A stretch of DNA of 43,543 bases, from contig NC_069002.1 of assembly GCF_001194135.2 (NCBI RefSeq), forward strand, positions 18,069,655 to 18,113,197. The letters are read 5' to 3'. A model generated the notes under the pieces. That model searched no databases and was not told where the DNA came from. It saw only the letters and a program-made list of their open reading frames with translations. Made by a program: the position numbers and the translations under genes. Source of the stretch: Octopus bimaculoides (lineage: Eukaryota). Positions 37,976 through 43,543 of the stretch are shown here, one piece after another; within the stretch, counting starts at the first letter, position 1, and every line of letters starts with the position of its first letter.

Positions 37976-38612
37976 GAGCAAAAAAAAAAAACACTTCATT
38001 TGTTCACTGCCACTTGTTGACAGTTTAGAAAGAAGCATTGATAATTGGATTTATTAAAGGATGGTTTGGATTTATTAAATAGAAGATTCTAAAATTCTGT
38101 CCCAACCCATTTTGGATATATTAAGCAGGTGGATTCTTTATCAGTGGATTTATAAAGCGGGGATCTACTACATGTATTTCAAATATTTTCTGATAACCAA
38201 TTTCTTTATTCAACCATTTTATGTCTGGCCAAACTGGTTGTATTTAATTACTTTGTTGTAATATATGCACAGACTAATTCATGTATCTTTTTATGTATAA
38301 TCTGTCTTTATGATATACAATTTCTCTGTCTCTCACTTTTTCTCTCTCGCTTGCTTTCTACCTCCCCTCCTTCTCTCTGCTTTTTTGTCATTCATTCTTT
38401 CCTGTCCACTTCTCTTATATTTTCTCTCTCTCTCTCCTCCCTCTCTTTGTTTCTCTGTCATTCACTCTGCCCCCTCAGTCTGTTCCACTCATATATTCTC
38501 TCTCTGACTCTCCTTTATACCTCTCTCCTCTTTCTATTTGTCTCTCCTTTTCTCTTTTCTTTCTCTATCTCTCTTTTCATTTCACTTTCCTCTTTTTCTC
38601 TCTTTTATTCAG

Positions 38613-38702
38613 CCAAAATAAAATCCTTTTCAAGATCAGACAGTGCCCCTACAGATAAAACTGCTCCAGATGTATGGCTCACTTCTCTTAAGAACACCAA
38701 TG
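38613..38702 (+). other. Candidate 90-nt exon of an unidentified plus-strand transcript
   Basis: About 280-nt polypyrimidine tract, then ttattcag|, 90 nt, then G|gtaaaa. The open phase 1-1 frame encodes KIKSFSRSDSAPTDKTAPDVWLTSLKNTN. No homology recognised. Confidence 0.3.
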
Positions 38703-39474
38703 GTAAAAGACTCACATTTTGTTTCTGTATACTGTATTCACCCCTCCCCAACCTCCCTACCTGTTTACCTCACCAAACAGAGCATAATAAGGGATTCTAG
38801 ATGTCACAGGAGTGCTATACACTCTTATGTTATTCCTGTCTATCATCTTTAGCATCATTTATGAATGAAAATAGTGCCTTTCTCAAAAGATCCATTTGAG
38901 ACCTGTAATGGTCATGATCAACTCCAGTTTCTACAGTGGATGTGAGCTAAATCTCTCCCTGGATAGGATACTGGTCAGTCACAAGTAACTTTTCCTCCAT
39001 AGGATGAACTGAACTTGGCACGTTTCTAGTGTTATCATTGCCTCCTGCAGTGAATTATGCTACTCTGTAGATGTTTGACTTGCTAGAAATACATACAAAT
39101 CTCCCATTCATCATGTGCTACAATCTTTAAAAATGCAGGACACATTGGATCATGTAGCCCTAAATAAACTATGATTTAAAAAATAACTAGATAGTCATCA
39201 TCATCATCATCATTTAACGTCCGCTTTCCATGCTAGCATGGGTTGGACATGGAATTCTTTTGATCACAGATTAGCTCGATTAGGGGCTAAACAACAGAAA
39301 CACTCATTTGTCATTGGTACCAACAATGCAGTTGTATTGAAATGTGATTGCAAAGATAATTCCTTAACCACAAAGTTAGGTCTGTGCTTATTTAATTGAC
39401 TTTTTTTTTAATTGTTTGATGAAAGACAATACTTCTCAGTCCCTAAATTCAAGCAACAATATAACTTCACCTAT

Positions 39475-39870
39475 TTGCTGCATAAAGAAGTGCCAAGCTC
39501 ACATTGTGGAGAGTACATGTAGAAGGGGTAGACCCAGGAAGACATGGGACAAAGTGGTGAGAGAGGATCTTCAGATGCTGGGCCTCACTGAAGAAATGAC
39601 AAGGGACCAGGTGTTGTGGCAATTTGCTGTACTTGATAAGACACATCAAGCTAAGTAAAATCGCTGTCTTCCACACATACAGGTATGTCCTTCAGGTGCT
39701 GATGCCACTTAAAAAGCACCTGTACCAGTGCTATGTAAAAGCACCTGTGCTGGAGGCAGATAAAGTGTACTCAGTACACCCTGTTAAGAGGTTAGCATTA
39801 GGAAGGGCATGCCACAACAGACAGGAGTCTGGATAGTTCCTTGCTAGCCAGCTCCATGTCAAACCGTCAA
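39475..39870 (+). mobile_element. RTE LINE extreme 3' fragment
   Basis: VESTCRRGRPRKTWDKVVREDLQMLGLTEEMTRDQVLWQFAVLDKT followed by a degenerate 3' UTR. Confidence 0.8.
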
Positions 39871-40059
39871 AACCAATATTGTCTTTGACAAGAGAAAAGA
39901 CCTTATCAAAGACAGCATTTGCTACCTTACCTTGTCTGGCCTAACGGCTCTTCATGTTTGTTTTAGTTTAGTTTGTTTAATGTCTCCACTGTCCTGATTT
40001 TGTCACTAACTTTGACCCTCTGCAAGTCCAAAATTTATTTTGGACTTGCATGAGCAGCT

Positions 40060-40250
40060 GCCTTTCAAAGCCTCATGCTGTCGTTAATTCCTCGAAATGA
40101 GGAGTAGATGGACAGCTGGCAACTGATGATGGGTCGTTCTTTATGTTACTTGTCTTGTTTTCCATTTGTTTCTCCCATTGATCGCATACCCAAGTTTGTA
40201 TTTGTATTTCATATCTCCTTTTGTCTATGTTTTGTGACGTCCCGGACCAT
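40060..40250 (+). mobile_element. Possible Penelope-like terminal-repeat fragment
   Basis: gacagctggcaactgatgatggg resembles the ...ctgatgaaggg ends of Penelope-like elements. Weak support. Confidence 0.3.
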
Positions 40251-40341
40251 ATATTAATATATATATATATATATATACATATATATGTATATGCATCTAT
40301 ATGTATGTATGTATATATGCATATATATATATATATATATA

Positions 40342-41103
40342 NNNNNNNNNNNNNNNNNNNNNNNNNNNNNNNNNNNNNNNNNNNNNNNNNNNNNNNNNNN
40401 NNNNNNNNNNNNNNNNNNNNNNNNNNNNNNNNNNNNNNNNNNNNNNNNNNNNNNNNNNNNNNNNNNNNNNNNNNNNNNNNNNNNNNNNNNNNNNNNNNNN
40501 NNNNNNNNNNNNNNNNNNNNNNNNNNNNNNNNNNNNNNNNNNNNNNNNNNNNNNNNNNNNNNNNNNNNNNNNNNNNNNNNNNNNNNNNNNNNNNNNNNNN
40601 NNNNNNNNNNNNNNNNNNNNNNNNNNNNNNNNNNNNNNNNNNNNNNNNNNNNNNNNNNNNNNNNNNNNNNNNNNNNNNNNNNNNNNNNNNNNNNNNNNNN
40701 NNNNNNNNNNNNNNNNNNNNNNNNNNNNNNNNNNNNNNNNNNNNNNNNNNNNNNNNNNNNNNNNNNNNNNNNNNNNNNNNNNNNNNNNNNNNNNNNNNNN
40801 NNNNNNNNNNNNNNNNNNNNNNNNNNNNNNNNNNNNNNNNNNNNNNNNNNNNNNNNNNNNNNNNNNNNNNNNNNNNNNNNNNNNNNNNNNNNNNNNNNNN
40901 NNNNNNNNNNNNNNNNNNNNNNNNNNNNNNNNNNNNNNNNNNNNNNNNNNNNNNNNNNNNNNNNNNNNNNNNNNNNNNNNNNNNNNNNNNNNNNNNNNNN
41001 NNNNNNNNNNNNNNNNNNNNNNNNNNNNNNNNNNNNNNNNNNNNNNNNNNNNNNNNNNNNNNNNNNNNNNNNNNNNNNNNNNNNNNNNNNNNNNNNNNNN
41101 NNN
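40342..41103. other. Assembly gap (N run)
   Basis: Seen directly. Other large gaps are 2858-3251, 4236-4735 and 42212-43087. The long X-rich ORFs in the track are artefacts of these gaps. Confidence 1.
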
Positions 41104-41799
41104 ATACATAGATATTTAAAAATTTTTTAATAGGGTCTGAAAATACTTCAAAAATACAAAAACTATGCAAGATAATGGAGCTTCATACATAAAAATCAAG
41201 CATTGCTAAATTCTAATGTGGTATATTTTGAAAGGTGTTTGTTTTTAGTTAAACAATTTTTGTTAAACATTTCTTTGATCTCTTTGTACAGAAAATACTG
41301 GTACGAATACTGTCTTACTGAAAAAAGTTGATCAGAATGTGGCATATAACAGTACTTCAGCATATCTTCGGCAAGTCATGTGTTTTGGTAAAACAAGAAA
41401 AATGCCAGAAATCAATTCTCGTATGTTTTACCGTTTTATTTTCCCTTTGTTCATTCTTTTGTTTGGTTTTAGTCATTCTTTTTTGTTTTTGTTCTTGCAG
41501 CAGTGGGGGTGGGGGAGGTGATTGTGGTTGTGGCAGCAGAGGAGGTGAGTGCCTTGGATTGTATGTTTGGCATAAAACAAAGTCAAAAGCCATTCATGAA
41601 ATATTCATCATTATTATGTTTTATCCTTGTTATTTTAATATCTGCCATGTCTATACTGGCATTGTGTAGATGAGAGTTCTTCAGGCTGTATTGTAAAGCG
41701 GGATAACGTTGCTGATGCCAGTCCTTACTTTTGTTCAAGTACGATGCTTTATTCTACTATTCTTTTCATATAAAAACTGCCGAGAAGACAGTTTTATTT

Positions 41800-41955
41800 A
41801 CTTTTTCATATTAGAGCATTGGGCTCATAATCATGGGGTAGTGAGTTCAATTCCCAGAATGGACTGTGTTGTGTTCATGTGCAAGGCACTTTATTTCACA
41901 TTGCACCAGTTCACTCAGCTGTAGAAATGAGTTGTGACGTCACTGGTGCCAAGCT
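41800..41955 (+). mobile_element. SINE 5' part
   Basis: B-box-like gtgagttcaattccc followed by gcaaggcactttatttcacattgcaccagttcactcagctgtagaaatgag. Confidence 0.55.
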
Positions 41956-41959
41956 ATAT

Positions 41960-43478
41960 TGGCGACGAGGATTCGCAGCTCACACAACCACTGTGTAGTA
42001 TTGCGATATAACAGTGGCGACGAGGTTTCTAATAGCACCAAAAATGGAAAAGTTACTGAAAGCTGTAGTGAAACAACAAGAGCAGCAGCAGCAGCAGCGA
42101 CTACAGAAGTTAACAGAATTGTTACTGCAGGCGAGAAATATGACAGAATCATTTTCAGCAGATGGTGTTGCAAATTCCATCGAAGAATTTCACTACAATC
42201 CGGATAAAGTANNNNNNNNNNNNNNNNNNNNNNNNNNNNNNNNNNNNNNNNNNNNNNNNNNNNNNNNNNNNNNNNNNNNNNNNNNNNNNNNNNNNNNNNN
42301 NNNNNNNNNNNNNNNNNNNNNNNNNNNNNNNNNNNNNNNNNNNNNNNNNNNNNNNNNNNNNNNNNNNNNNNNNNNNNNNNNNNNNNNNNNNNNNNNNNNN
42401 NNNNNNNNNNNNNNNNNNNNNNNNNNNNNNNNNNNNNNNNNNNNNNNNNNNNNNNNNNNNNNNNNNNNNNNNNNNNNNNNNNNNNNNNNNNNNNNNNNNN
42501 NNNNNNNNNNNNNNNNNNNNNNNNNNNNNNNNNNNNNNNNNNNNNNNNNNNNNNNNNNNNNNNNNNNNNNNNNNNNNNNNNNNNNNNNNNNNNNNNNNNN
42601 NNNNNNNNNNNNNNNNNNNNNNNNNNNNNNNNNNNNNNNNNNNNNNNNNNNNNNNNNNNNNNNNNNNNNNNNNNNNNNNNNNNNNNNNNNNNNNNNNNNN
42701 NNNNNNNNNNNNNNNNNNNNNNNNNNNNNNNNNNNNNNNNNNNNNNNNNNNNNNNNNNNNNNNNNNNNNNNNNNNNNNNNNNNNNNNNNNNNNNNNNNNN
42801 NNNNNNNNNNNNNNNNNNNNNNNNNNNNNNNNNNNNNNNNNNNNNNNNNNNNNNNNNNNNNNNNNNNNNNNNNNNNNNNNNNNNNNNNNNNNNNNNNNNN
42901 NNNNNNNNNNNNNNNNNNNNNNNNNNNNNNNNNNNNNNNNNNNNNNNNNNNNNNNNNNNNNNNNNNNNNNNNNNNNNNNNNNNNNNNNNNNNNNNNNNNN
43001 NNNNNNNNNNNNNNNNNNNNNNNNNNNNNNNNNNNNNNNNNNNNNNNNNNNNNNNNNNNNNNNNNNNNNNNNNNNNNNNNNNNNNNNATATGGTGTGATT
43101 TGTTCAAGGTCCCAGAACCACAAGTGAAAGTGGAACCGACACGTAGGTTGAGCAGGAAGAGAAAACCTACAGAAATGATGGAAATAAATGCTAAGAGAAA
43201 AAGATATGCCAGTTTCTCACCGGGGAAATAAAATTGAAAATTCGTTTTTTTTTTGTTTTGTAAAGAAAAAAAGAACTCAAAAGGGGGAGGTGTTGTGTCG
43301 ATGCCCCCAGGCGAAGAAGTAGGATCTCCCAAGACATATAAATAGAGGTAGTCTGGCCGTGGTAGGAGGGTTGAGTAGCAGTCGAGTAGCTGTTGAGTAG
43401 CAGTCGGGTAGTAGCCTTGTAGCGGTTGAGTAGAGATAATCCGAAGGTGCTAGATAGCAGTAGTGTTGAGACATAACA
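41960..43478 (+). mobile_element. Gypsy-type LTR retrotransposon remnant (PBS, gag start, pol end, PPT, 3' LTR)
   Basis: PBS tggcgacgagg at 41960 and again at 42015. Gag-like ORF from ATG 42044 (MEKLLKAVVKQQEQ...ANSIEEFHYNPD). After the gap a basic tail RRLSRKRKP...KRKRY, then PPT aaaagggggagg ending at 43290. Confidence 0.8.
43291..43478 (+). repeat. 3' LTR, 188 bp
   Basis: Begins TGTTGTG directly after the PPT and ends CATAACA (terminal inverted repeat). Internal TATA-like tataaata at about 43338. Confidence 0.8.
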
Positions 43479-43494
43479 TGTATATATGTGTATA

Positions 43495-43543
<49 letters not shown>

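Noticed and set aside
40073-43332. Long ORFs of 270-405 aa in the ORF track (also 2819-3545 and 4129-4837)
   Set aside because: They consist almost entirely of X from N gaps. Only the flanking real bases (gag start, pol end, RTE) are interpretable.

Overview
AT-rich, microsatellite-rich eukaryotic DNA with several N gaps. From its SINE and RTE-LINE families I infer a coleoid cephalopod (Octopus-like); the sequence itself does not prove the species. One host gene is supported: the first three coding exons of a minus-strand gene (CDS 32685-32664, 32411/32408-32284, 20670-20538). They splice in frame to MSSDLSC(A)GSVPPLYREIYDIISPSQERVDRELFLSIFAKSNLPNETITQIWDAVDIKTGFLSRSGIYKALALTAFAQHGKPVSDKLLETFSGQ, an N-terminal EH-like domain I recognise as invertebrate-type sorting nexin 8 (SNX8). 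The PX/BAR exons were not found, so they lie beyond position 1 or in a gap. Almost everything else is decayed transposable element: many RTE LINE copies, a CR1-like LINE, tRNA-derived SINEs (three with clear TSDs), two mariners, a full-length Tc1-family element with DD36E spacing, a Merlin nested in the CR1, piggyBac, Chapaev3-like, pogo/Tigger, Penelope-like and Gypsy remnants. I see no CRISPR, prokaryotic feature or convincing new biological system. The best leads are the DD36E element, the Merlin insertion, the EH-SNX8 architecture with a NAGNAG acceptor, inverted RTE pairs in the SNX8 intron, and a Gypsy with two PBS copies. Family assignments come from remembered motifs, not database searches, and TE boundaries without a TSD or TIR are approximate.
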